Shown: positions 49,601-60,870 of the stretch, piece by piece
Position numbering within the stretch: position 1 is the first letter of the stretch
How the letters are laid out: the number at the start of each line of letters is the position of its first letter
Assembly (NCBI RefSeq): GCF_020745735.1
Contig: NC_083419.1
Location: forward strand, 27,116,085-27,180,084
DNA length: 64,000 bases
Direction of reading: 5' to 3'
From: Hemiscyllium ocellatum
Lineage: Eukaryota
The notes under the pieces: model-generated
Told to the model about the DNA's origin: nothing
Databases searched by the model: none
The model's input: only the letters and a program-made list of their open reading frames with translations
Program-made: the position numbers and the translations under genes

Positions 49601-50453
49601 TTTTCCATATGGAGCCTTAGTTTCGAAGCAGGTGTGGAAGTGTGTGTCACTTCTGCTCAGGGGTGGAGTTAATATATCTCACACACAAGTTTCAGTTCAT
49701 TACATATGCACATGAGTTTTTGCATGAGTGACATGGTAAATTTTATGAGGGAGAAGACAGGCAAGATGTCCTCATTTCTACCAGACCTTGCCAGGGTCTG
49801 AGCGCTATATTAGAAGGACACTTGGGCAGGCATTCACACACTCCAACCAGGAAGATGACTGATGCCTGTGTTGTTGCCCCAACCTTCCCTAGAAATGTCG
49901 CACAGCAATCAGAAATTAGTCCACAGGGCAACGATGCCTCGCTCAAGGCTCTCCTGCAGGGCCTTCCAGGAAAGGCAAGGGTTCTTCTTCCTCAGAAATG
50001 CAAACAGGAGGCCAATCCACCTGACCAATATGGACCAGACCATGGTGGTAGTGAAGGTCAGCGCCTGTGAGCCTCACAGAGGAACGTGAATCCAGTGCAG
50101 GAGGAATATGAATGATCTCCTGTGCTTTACAAGAGTACGTGGCACTATTTAGTCACTGTGAACATACACACGACATCTGTGCCGGGCAGAGGTACCTCAG
50201 ATAGGATGACTGTATGCAAGCCTTAGCACCAGTGGGAAGAATGACAGCATGAGATGGCTATCACACACGGTTCAATCAATCCATTGGCTTTTAATCACTT
50301 ACAGGGGAGGACTCAGAACGTGCCATGACAATGCACACTTACAAAGTGCTCATTCACTCGTTGCAATGATTCTCATTCCATCTTTTCATCTGTCTGAAGG
50401 ACAGGAACTCTGAAGAGAAAAAGGCTCCCAAATTGGTGGAGTACTAGATATCA

Positions 50454-50884
50454 TATAGGAACAAATTACTGCAGATGCTGGAATCTGTCCTGAAAACAAC
50501 AAATGCTGGAGGTCACAGTGGGTCAGATCCGTGGAGAAATAACAAGCTAAAATTTCAAATCTAGATCACTTCAGCTCTGATGAAAAGTCAAGTGTGGAGG
50601 GGCAGCATTTTTATGTTATAATTGTGGTGGGGGGGGGGGGAAATGTAGTGTGGTAGTGTGTAGAGTGCTGGTGGAGAAAAGATTACTTAATCTGAACTAT
50701 CAACACCTTTTCTCTACTGCCACAATCCTCCCCCACTCCCCTCTCCGCAACTCTAGCATAAATACTGGCCCCTCTACACTTCATTTCAACTCTGATGAAG
50801 AGTTATCTTGACTTGAAATTTTAGCTTGCTTTCTCTCCATGGATGCTGCCTGACTCACTGTGATTGCCAGCATTTGTTATTTTT
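50454..50884. mobile_element. Penelope-derived inverted-repeat element (third family)
   Basis: Inverted arms, CTGATGAAGAGTTATCT..ACTTGAAA; TSD agtactagatatca / agtaccagacatca at 50440-50453 and 50885-50898. Confidence 0.72.
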
Positions 50885-51457
50885 AGTACCAGACATCACC
50901 CTTTTTTGAAGAGATGCTGCGGAACTGGCAAGGGAAGGGTGGGATCTTGCCTATGCAATGGAGAGCTAGGACTCTCACAGAAACGGAGAAGGCTCCAAAA
51001 ACATTGTTGTCAGATATGCAAACAGTGTGAAGGATTATTTAGGTAGAGGAGTGTGCATGTTCACAAGCTAAATTTCTCCTCCTCATTCCAGGTACCAGTG
51101 ATCGAAGAGCAAAAGAGAGAAGAGTCACCCTCCCCCAAGTCCCCCTCTGCCCTCTGCAGCTCTTCCACCACCAATTCAGAAGATGAAATTTCCAAAACCT
51201 CAGAGCATGCACCAACTTGACGTTCATCTGTGCCCTTCAGCAGTACAGAGTCATTTACCTAGGTGAGTGCACTATTATTATAATTTAAAGTCCTAATCTG
51301 GTTGACTATCAATAGAGATTGGTTCACAGCCAACAATGGAAGCTATGGCCAATGTCTCTGACACTTGAAGGAATGCTGGAGTTGAGCCTCCTGCTCAGCC
51401 CAAAGCAGTTGTGGGTCTGGCATGGAAAGGATTGGAGGCATCTTGGAAACTCAGGTG

Positions 51458-51542
51458 ATTCTTGAAGAAGGGCTTATGCCCGAAACATTGATTCTCCTGC
51501 TCCTCGGATGCTGCCTGGCCTTTTTCCAGCACCACATTTTTC
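51458..51542 (+). mobile_element. Short Penelope pLTR fragment with 10-bp TSD
   Basis: TGAAGAAGGGCTTATGCCCGAAAC; TSD aactcaggtg at 51448-51457 and 51543-51552. Confidence 0.78.
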
Positions 51543-52320
51543 AACTCAGGTGCAGCAGACAGATATGCACCTGGATCTACAGTCCATTCCTGTAGTCATG
51601 GATGAGGTGCACCAATGATAAGATGAAAGGGAGCTAGGTGAAGCATCTCATCCTTCCTCCACTCATTCTCAAGATTTCCATAGAGATGTAGATTTGTCTC
51701 CTGACACACAAAAGGTGCTCTGCCCCTCCACTCTGCTGGCAGTGACCATCTGTCCAGACTCTTAGTAAGCTGAGACATTCTAGGCCTTCAACCCCAAGAA
51801 GATGCCTGCCAAGGTCACAGTCAACAGAGGCTCAGAACAAGCTGCCTGCACCTTTGTTATGGATATTGGGGCAGCACCTAGTAGTTGTGGTAGGTAAAGA
51901 AAGGAGATGATATTTTGAGGGCATATGTGGTATGGGTATTCATTCAATGTACATACTCTGCAATGCTATAAATATATCTTGACTGCCCCAGAGATCTTTC
52001 CATTCCTTGACTTATACTGCATGTGAGTTTCCTGTAGTTCTATTATGCCACTAGATGCTGACATGGTTGGTTAAAATGAAAGAAGTGAAGTATTCATCCC
52101 ATCAGAATGCAATGTTGTCATTCAGTAACAGTCCATTCTTTGTGTCACATCATCAACAAAGATGTGCCTAACATTGTTGTCATTACCTGGTGAAGGGTAA
52201 GCTATCTTTTGGGGATTGCAGCCATGCTCAAAAGATTGATTTCAGGGGCAATAGCCTTGTTAGGTGAGGAAACAGTGGAGAGAATAGCCCTGTGTTAACT
52301 ACCTTGTGGAAAATGCAAAC

Positions 52321-52353
52321 ACAGAGACAGAGACAGAGACAGAGACAGAGACA
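52321..52353 (+). repeat. (GAGACA)n hexanucleotide microsatellite
   Basis: Direct observation. Confidence 0.9.
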
Positions 52354-54265
52354 ATCTCAGTTATGAGTAGGGTGGGAAAAGGAAAGATCTTTCCCTTAGT
52401 TAAGTCTCTCCATAGTCAGGCAAAACATTTTCAGAATAGGAACTGGGGAATACACTATTGATATATAAAGGAGGGATGGTGGAAAGAAGTGTTTGGAACT
52501 GTTCTACCCATAGGGTGGTTGAGACACTGCCACTGAGGATGCTCAACTAATACAATGGTAAAGTCAAGGAATGGAAAGATCTCTGGGACAGTATAATATT
52601 GAGGATATAAAGTGACAATTCACATCAGCTATGATGTAGATGAACTGTGGAGCATAATCCATATTTGTGAAGTGGCATAACCTGACTTCACTTTGGAATC
52701 TTGGTATGTGCCTATGTCTACCTACAAAGTGTTCGGCAAAGCACAGTAAACATGTTGAGAACATGGTATGGTGACACCTCAGCAACTAGGCCAGCGTCAG
52801 TTGATGAAGGCTTTGCTCTGAAGTCATCAGAATACACAATAATGTGCATGGGTAGTTCTGTACAATGTGTGAAAAGACTAGATGGTTCTATGTCGTTAGA
52901 CACCTCAAAGGGTTCACAGTACCAGCATTTTAAGCTAAAAAATGGCCCTTTTTACAATGAAAGGTAGAAGTTAAACTTAGGTAATTGAGAGATGCATATC
53001 CAAAAACAGGTCATACCAGCTCTCAGGAGGCAGTTTTAAAACCGTTCAACAGGTCAAACTGTTGTCCGTAGCTCATTCAGCCTGAAGTTTGTTCTCAGTA
53101 AAGTCTTCCCATGCTTGTCAGTTTTCCTCTTGAATTATCCTGGTTCCTTCCTGATCATAAGTGACCTCCTTCATGACCATCATTTTCCCCTTCTTCAATT
53201 GCAGGTCTGAAGCTTATGGTTGCTGTTGCTGCTCTTCTGCACTGGTTCATCCTCAACTATGGAAGGGTCAGAAGGGCTGGGTTCATCTGTGCCCCGGCAC
53301 TGCCAGTTTCAGCAGATCTATAAATACAGCGCATTGATGCACAGTCAGCATTCTCTGAGGTTTGCCTTCCGAACCTGCTCAATGACAAGTACACTTCACC
53401 TTACATTTTTTCCTCTCCTGCCCTTTTCCTCATTCTGTGTGGTCCCAGATGACACCTCCTTGCAGCCAAACATCGATGTACATAAAGACATTGTGCATTG
53501 CCTCGGGTTCTTAAAGCATATTAGTACACCTTCCCATACACAAGCTTCAGCTTTGCTTCAGTGAAGTTGGAGCATAATTGATGATGCACTGGATGCTCAA
53601 TTCTCTGTGAAGTAACCTTCCCAGTCAACATCCTGAGCCAGGTGCAAACAGGACAGAAATGTGCTATGGTGCCAAGTCTTCTACCCGATTCTTCCACCCA
53701 ATTCTTCTCAATGGATAATGCCCCATCCTTAGCAGGCCACCATCCTTACCCTAGAGTCTGGTATCTGAAGGCATGTATTTCTGAAGTCATGAGAATCTAG
53801 TTGAGAGTGAGATGCAAACACATGCAGACAAGCTTCCCAACATCTACAGTCAGGAAGATTGACTCATCTTTCAAGATCAGAGAATTTAATTGCTAAAGTT
53901 CATCCCTTCGACAAGATTCTGAATTATTGACTCTTACTCAATTAAGTTCTTCCAGCTGCCTTTCTTCGTGCTTCCTCCAGGATCAGAAGATTCTTCCCAT
54001 GGTTAAGATTAGCTATATTAAAAGCTTAGGTTGTATTCTCCAGAACAAATTAGCTTGACATAAGATCTAAATGAATGCGAACTTTGAAAGACTTTAAGAT
54101 ATGAAACAAAAGATTTCCAGTGGTTGATTGATCAGTAATAGTGGATAATAAATATGGCATCTCAAACTTAAAAAATTTCTAGGCACATCATAAACAGGCA
54201 TAAGAAAATGGTGGAGAAAATGACTATTGAGAAGATACTTAAAGATGAAGTAGTTTATGAAAAGT

Positions 54266-54488
54266 ACATAAAGACATCGTGCATTGCCTCGAGTTTTGGA
54301 GACGCCAGTGTTGAACTAGGGTCTACAAAGTTAAAAATCACACAACATCAGGTTATAGTCCAACAGGTTTATTTGGAAGCACTTACTTTTGGAGTGCTGC
54401 TCCTTCATCAGGTGATTCAAGCACTCCGAAAGCTGGTGCTTCCAAATAAACCTGTTGGACTAGAACGTGGTGTTGTGTGATTTTTAAC
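54266..54488. mobile_element. Penelope-derived inverted-repeat element (family of 15155-16812)
   Basis: Arms AAAATCACACAAC..CAGGTTATAGTCCAACAGG / CCTGTTGGACTA...GTTGTGTGATTTT; TSD tttatgaaa(a/g)gt at 54254-54265 and 54489-54500. Confidence 0.8.
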
Positions 54489-57400
54489 TTTATGAAAGGT
54501 GGTATCAATAAGGGAGGAGATGATAAGCAAGTATAAGTTAGTGTAGGACAAGATGCGAGGAGCAGCATTATGGACAAGTTGTAATTCATGGTAAGTGGAA
54601 AAAAATGGGAAACAATCAAGGAAAGTATCAGAATAGCCATATTTGAGGCTGACAAAGCCTTACATAAGAATTTGGAGGAGGAATGGACACAGGTGATAGA
54701 GGTCAAAACTTATCATCAGTTGTGGACCTGTACAGGATTCCAAGACTGCCAACAATCTGGTTTAGCTTGATAATATGCCTGGGAAGACAAAGTTCAATAA
54801 CAAGGAAATGGAGATGGCCTTTGACAACAATTTTGATCATCCCGATCTTGAGCTGCAAACAGTGGCAACGCATTTGCGATTTGACACCAGAAAACCAGTT
54901 TAACAGCATCATTATGGGATCAAAAATGGGAGTGAAGATCAGTCAGGTATCTCAAGTATGCATAAAAGCTGACTCTGTAGGTAAGGATGAGGATACATTA
55001 AGGATAGATCATTCAGGGAACTTGATGCTGACAGCACCAGAGAGGTAAGATAAACTATTGCCACAGATGCTCTGTAAAACTGGAGTAATTTCCATCCTGA
55101 GTTCCTATATTTTATAGCTTCCCAGTTGGGGCTACTTTTAGGCCTGTCTTAGTAATTCTTATCTGCGCAAGCAAAGTCTTATCTGGCTACATTCAGTTGT
55201 ATATATCTTAGCTTAACATAAGGTTCACTTTTGGCATCCAATAAATTGTGCACACAGCTATAAGAATTTTAATGAGAACCAGTTTGAATTAGTCATAGAA
55301 CTTTAAGTTTTATTTTCAATGGTTACAATTACAGTTTGCAAATTGCTTCTATAGCTTCTTTCATGATATCAATCTCCAATAACATGACTGTGAATAAATT
55401 ATTGTCCTTGTTTTTCACATTAAGCAATTCTTTAAATTTCCATAACTTACAGGTAGTAAGATGGCAATTTAAAAAAACTTATGAGGGAGTAAAACAAAAA
55501 AAAATTGAGGAAGAGTGCACATCCTACGATCAGATGGTTTTGTAGAGTTTTGTGGATAAATATCCAGTGACCACCTACTCTGCAAATCTGTAAAGAAGTT
55601 CAAGCATCAGGCTATAACATCTGGCAAGTTCTTGTGGATTATAAATTTCTTTTGGAAGTGAAAACCATATCCTGCATCAGGTCTCAGTGGGGTTTAATGC
55701 TGTCAGAATACACTGGGTTTGTTTTGATCTGCATGCAGTAACACATATAGCATTCAGTTCTCACTAATAACATCCCAGTGTCTGGTGTGCACAAATCCAA
55801 AGACTTCTAATTAAAGGTTAGCTTTAACCAAATACAGATCCACAGTAAAACACATGCAAGTTATTAACTCTGTTAAGGAATTGCAAGTTCTGAGTGTGAA
55901 GGGTACTACAGAATACAGAAGCTTTGTAGTATTCATCAATCTGAAGATCAACAGCACATTTTAACTGAACTTCTGTGTCAGCACATGCTTTGTACGTACA
56001 GTGAATATAAACAATGTGTTCAAATGCGTAACAAATTGCAAGATTATTTGTTCTATTTTAGAATATTTTGTTCATTTGTCAATTACTTCTAATGAATGAT
56101 GAACAAGAATGCTACTAATGAATGCATTCCAATTTCATTTCTCCTCCTCCAAAAATCTCATTCAGAACTGCTAATGAGTCCAAGAGAGAGAAAAATGAAG
56201 CTACAATGTAATTGCTTGCAGAACAACTACATATTTGAAATAGTAAACATCTGAGTCCACGTGACAAAGCGCAAGTTCATGATGAAAACCAGTTCATCTA
56301 GTTCCGGATCTTTACTGCACAGAGGCAATGAAAGTTCCATTGTTTGGTCCTGCTTTTCGTTTCACTGAGTCTCTCCCACACATTTCCAATAACAAACTCC
56401 ATAAAACTGCTTGTGGAGGTGTAGAGAATGAGTGGGTTTGAAAATTCTGCAGGCACCAAGAAAAGCTACAACACTCTCCAAGTGTCTTAGAGAGGATTTG
56501 TATGGGGTAATTTCAGGGTGTGGCTGGATATCAAGTTGGTGAAGTTTATTGAGGAAAAACTTAAGAGATGACTTATGGATTAGTCAGCAATTTGCCTTAC
56601 TTTGATCTCCAGACTCTTCAATGACTAACTGCATATTAACCAACTTGGCAACATTTTTAACCTCTTTAGTACTCAAGTCATCTGAACAAAATGTCCAATA
56701 GGATATAGATCATGAAATTGTGATTGAATAAAATCCACTGTTATTGGCTGTCCTGTAGTCAATTTTCTCATTTGAAGAATCAGACTACAAGAAAAACAAA
56801 ACAGATTGATTGCAATCTTCCAAAAGTTTGATCAGCATTTAGTGGACTTGCCTATGTCTACTAATTTATTTTTCCCATGCTAAGTTATTACTCTTGCCCC
56901 TTTCACCCTTCTATTCAATGCACTAGAGAATCATGTGCTGTTCTATAGGTACAATACTCTGCTGCAATGTCTTGGTAGAAATTCTTCATCCTTGAGCCTA
57001 CTCAGATTATCCAATTATGACAGCCATCCCAAATTAGTTCAGCCTTGTCCTAGCCTAATGTAAACTAGAGTTTTCAAAAAAGGCTACCAACTAGTGAACA
57101 GAAATTTTGGGTGATCTGCCCCCTTCTTTCACAGTACCAAGATCCATAATGCAAAAATGAGCAGCACTCCCACAATTATTCTGGTGGAATGAGTTTATGT
57201 CAGTAAAAGAAATAGGGTCATTGAATCTCAGATTTTCCAATTTTAACACATGGTACATTTATTATTGAAACTCTTGACTGGTTTACATGAATTACTCCAC
57301 TGCATAAATCGATGAACATTGGTCAAGGAAACACAAAGCATTGTCTCCAATGCAGTATACTAAACAAAAGATTATAACATTTCCCAAAACATATCTTTAA

Positions 57401-57689
57401 TTATCTTACTCAAATGAAGCAAATCTACAGAATTTTCTATTTCAAAATTATACTTTATTCATAAACATATCTTTATGTACACACATAGTCACTAAAGCCA
57501 GTAAAGTTTTAAAAATTCCTTGGGAAACATAGTCTCAAATTAAAAGACTGACCATTTAAAATTGAAATGAGGAAAAAAATATCTAAATGAGAATTAGAGT
57601 AATGGAGAGCAAGAGTCCAGATATAGCAAAAGATTCTTGTCATAGAGCAGAGCAAAGTTTGGGCAAAATTTATGTACAAGGGTGAAAAG

Positions 57690-58304
57690 TTTGAAACGGT
57701 TTGCAATCTTGGACTCATTGGAGGTTGAGATGAACTTCCAGCTACACACATCCACTACTGCGACAGTCTATGTCCACAGAATTTGCCTTGCTCCACTCAC
57801 CCACTACTAAAAATTTCATTGATGGCTTCGCTACCTGTTCACTAGACCACTTGAATCAATTCCTGTTCAGCCTCTCATGTTCTACCCTCCATAAACATGT
57901 TGCCATCCAAAACTCATGCCCATGTTTTAATTTGCGCAAAAACATGTTCATCCATTATCCCTACTCTCAGTATCCTAAATTGGCTCCTAGCGAATCAAAC
58001 CTCAACTCTAAAATGCTCAGCCTTATTTTTAAATCCCTCAATAGTTTGATCCAGCCTCACACTTTCCAAGATGTAGATCTGATTCTCTAATTTTGATTGT
58101 GAGCATCTCCGATTTTAGTTGCTCCACCATGGTGACCATGTCTTCAGCTACCTAGGTCCTAAGCTCTGGAATTCCTTCCACCTCCCATTTCTCCACCTCC
58201 CTTTTCTATTTTCAGACATTCCTTAAGATTCAACTCATTGACCAAGTTTTTTGTCAACTGCTTTACTATCTCATTTGGATCAGAATCAAATTCTATTTAA
58301 TGCT
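57690..58304 (+). mobile_element. L2-clade LINE 3' fragment
   Basis: F.TCSLDHLN..L..L..STLHK....QNS...IFKSL and L2 3'UTR-like GGTCCTAAGCTCTGGAATTCC. Confidence 0.6.
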
Positions 58305-58413
58305 GTTGACAAAAAACTTGGTCAATGAGTTGAATCTTAAGGAATGTCTGAAAATAGAAAAGGGAGGTGGAGAAATGGGAGGTGGAAGGAATTCCAGAGC
58401 TTAGGACCTAGGT
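58150..58413. repeat. Perfect 109-bp inverted repeat (58150-58258 / 58305-58413)
   Basis: Base-by-base reverse complement, 46-nt spacer. Confidence 0.95.
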
Positions 58414-58484
58414 GGGCTTGGATCGGCGCAACATCGAGGGCCGAAGGGCCTGTACTGCACTGTATTTTTCTATGTTCTATGTTC
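58409..58484 (+). mobile_element. 76-nt extreme 3' end of the young CR1 family
   Basis: Nearly identical to the reverse complement of about 11012-11087; TATGTTC tail. Confidence 0.9.
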
Positions 58485-58639
58485 AGCCCAAAGATAGAAG
58501 TGCGTATAAATGTTTTTGATCAGGGAGCACGTAGTTCCAATACTTCATGACACATTTCTCTCATTTTCCTCAAGATGGCAGCAACTATCCTCTAGTGCAT
58601 CTATCCATGCGCATGGCAATCCTTAAATACTGGTAAGCA

Positions 58640-58865
58640 CCTACATAGAGTCATGGAGCCATAGAGATGTACAGCATGCAAACAGACCCTTCGGTCCAAC
58701 CTGTCCACGCCGACCAGATATCCCAACCCAATCTAGTCCCACTTGCCAGCACCCGGCCCATATCCCTCCAAAATCTTTCCTATTCATATACCCAACCAAA
58801 TGTCTCTTAAATGTTGCAACTGTACCAGCCTCCACCACATCCTCTGGCAGCTCATTCCATACACA
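58640..58865 (-). mobile_element. CR1 (HER1-like) 3' fragment
   Basis: WNELPEDVVEAGT..TFKRHL..YM plus 3'UTR. Confidence 0.85.
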
Positions 58866-60540
58866 TAACCTACACATTACATTTGATTGTAAAAATCAAG
58901 AGAAATTTCGAGTAAAAACTAATGTCATCATCTAATGGCATCTGGATGTCCTTTAGAGGTAGTAATCAGGAGCAGAAAGTGTGGTTGATTTTTCCTTTCC
59001 CTAAATAAGAATAATTACTGTTTAATTACTGTCCCAACTAATGTCAGATCATTCAGTACAATCCAGAGACAGAACAGACGTTTTGGTCTAGGTGACTCAG
59101 TACCACGTAAGCCAATTAGTCATCAAGAAAAACCAGTCGGATATTGTTCTTATATAACATAAATTTAAACAAGATTTCTAAAGAATTTAGTGTATCGTAA
59201 GAAATCAAAAGTCTTTGAAGTTGGCCACAATTATTAAATTCTTGCATTGAAAATAAGTTCGTTTTTAAAAAGAGCTTAGCAAAAAAATAGCATAATCTGT
59301 CTGTTTGCACACTAAATGCCAAAAATACTGTGTATCATTTCCTATAAGATCACTCATCCTTCCTCCCCTAGAAACGGAAGCTACTCCCCCAAACTTTAAC
59401 TTTGTCAAAGGGAAGGCATGATGGGATGAAGTTAAATACTTCACTGCAAAGAATGTAATTTTTATTTTCCAGAAACTGGTATTCTAATATCCACATAGCA
59501 ATTCATATATTCTTCAATATTTCCACACAAACGCATTTTATGTTAAGTATGTTCAAATGTCAGACTGCTTTTTAAAAACACATAATGAATTGCAATTACA
59601 AAATGTTTTCCTGAGACCTCATTCTATAGAATAAAAGGGGGACTAAATCAAAGTAAAATGACTCATACAACACCAAATTTAAACCAGATGGCCACAAATA
59701 TTAGCTAACAAAATCAGATAATTCAAAGGTCACCATAGGTTTTAACTAAATGAAGACACCCATCACAGAGTTACTGAAAAAATATATCTGGCTTTTAATC
59801 ATGAAGTGAGAGGAAAGCCAGAAGAAACAAGTATGAATGATATGCATTTATAAAAGTTTATGTGATTGTCATTAAAATCTGTACAAAACACATAATTTAT
59901 AATCTTTTTATGTTTCACCACCAGACAGCTCAATACAGATTTCACTATGGCAGACTTTATTTCTCAGGTAAACAGGATTTCTTTTTATTGCTCAGGGAAA
60001 AGGATTAGAGTGTTTTACTCTAGCTGCTTGCTACTCAAATATTTCTTGGGTAGCCCAGAGTTTCCCATTGAAGAGCGGCTCTGATTATAGACTCGTGTGG
60101 TACAGGATCCCCAAACCACAGCTTTGCGGCAGTATGCCAACTTGAACATTACTAAGCCAAAATAGCTAAGAAAAAAACTTATTTACCTAAAAAGGCTATC
60201 ATACAAAAAAATTATTTTTTTTAAAAAAATTCACTCTCAGGGCAGTAGGGAAACAGAAATTAAATGCTCATTCTAATCATTTCAAATTTATTTTCAAAAT
60301 AGATGTTAACACACTGAGTGATTTAAAAAAATTTTAAAAAAGGTCAACTGCGTATCTGCCATAATTATTAAATAACTCCTATCGCAGATAAACACTGCAA
60401 TTAATACTACCTTAAAGAATAGCACATCAGTATTATGTAATAGATTCAAAACAAGGGGTTGAATCTTGTGTTGTTTCATCAGAGTTTCATCCAGGTATTT
60501 TTTGGCAGATTTCTGCTGTAAAGCCTAGCTTTTTTTTAAG

Positions 60541-60870
60541 AACATACAACAATACAGCGCAGAACAGGCCCTTCGGCCCTCAATGTTGCACTGACCTGTG
60601 AACTAATCTAAGCCCATCCCCCGACACTATCCTATCATCCGTGTACTCATCCAAGGATTGTTTAAATATCCCTTATGTGGCCGAGTTAACTGTATTGGCA
60701 GTCAGGGCGTTCCACGCCCTTACTACTCTCTGAGTAAAGAACCTTCCTCTGACATCTGTCTTAAATCTATCAGCCCTCAATTTGTAGCTATGCCCCCTCA
60801 TACAAGCTGACGTCATCATCCTAGGAAAAAGACTTTCACTGTCTACCCTATCTAATCCTCTGGTCATCTT
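60541..60870 (-). mobile_element. CR1 3' fragment related to the young family
   Basis: ORF 60673-60867 RGLDRVD...RGH..KL..DVRGRFFTQRVV; possible ttaag TSD. Confidence 0.88.

Larger units (their letters stand above)
49740..53870. mobile_element. Second decayed Harbinger-like transposon: Myb/SANT exon on + (about 49890-50135), possible transposase remnant on - (about 53060-53400); boundaries approximate
   Basis: DASLKALLQ..ERQGFFF.RNANRRPIHLT......VVVKVSA....RGT*IQCRRNMNDLL resembles Myb_DNA-bind_5; LVIEQ on the minus strand. Confidence 0.55.

Noticed and set aside
59088-59110. AP-1 (TGACTCA) plus CACGTA cluster as a possible promoter or enhancer
   Set aside because: Short motifs occur by chance; no CpG island or first exon identified
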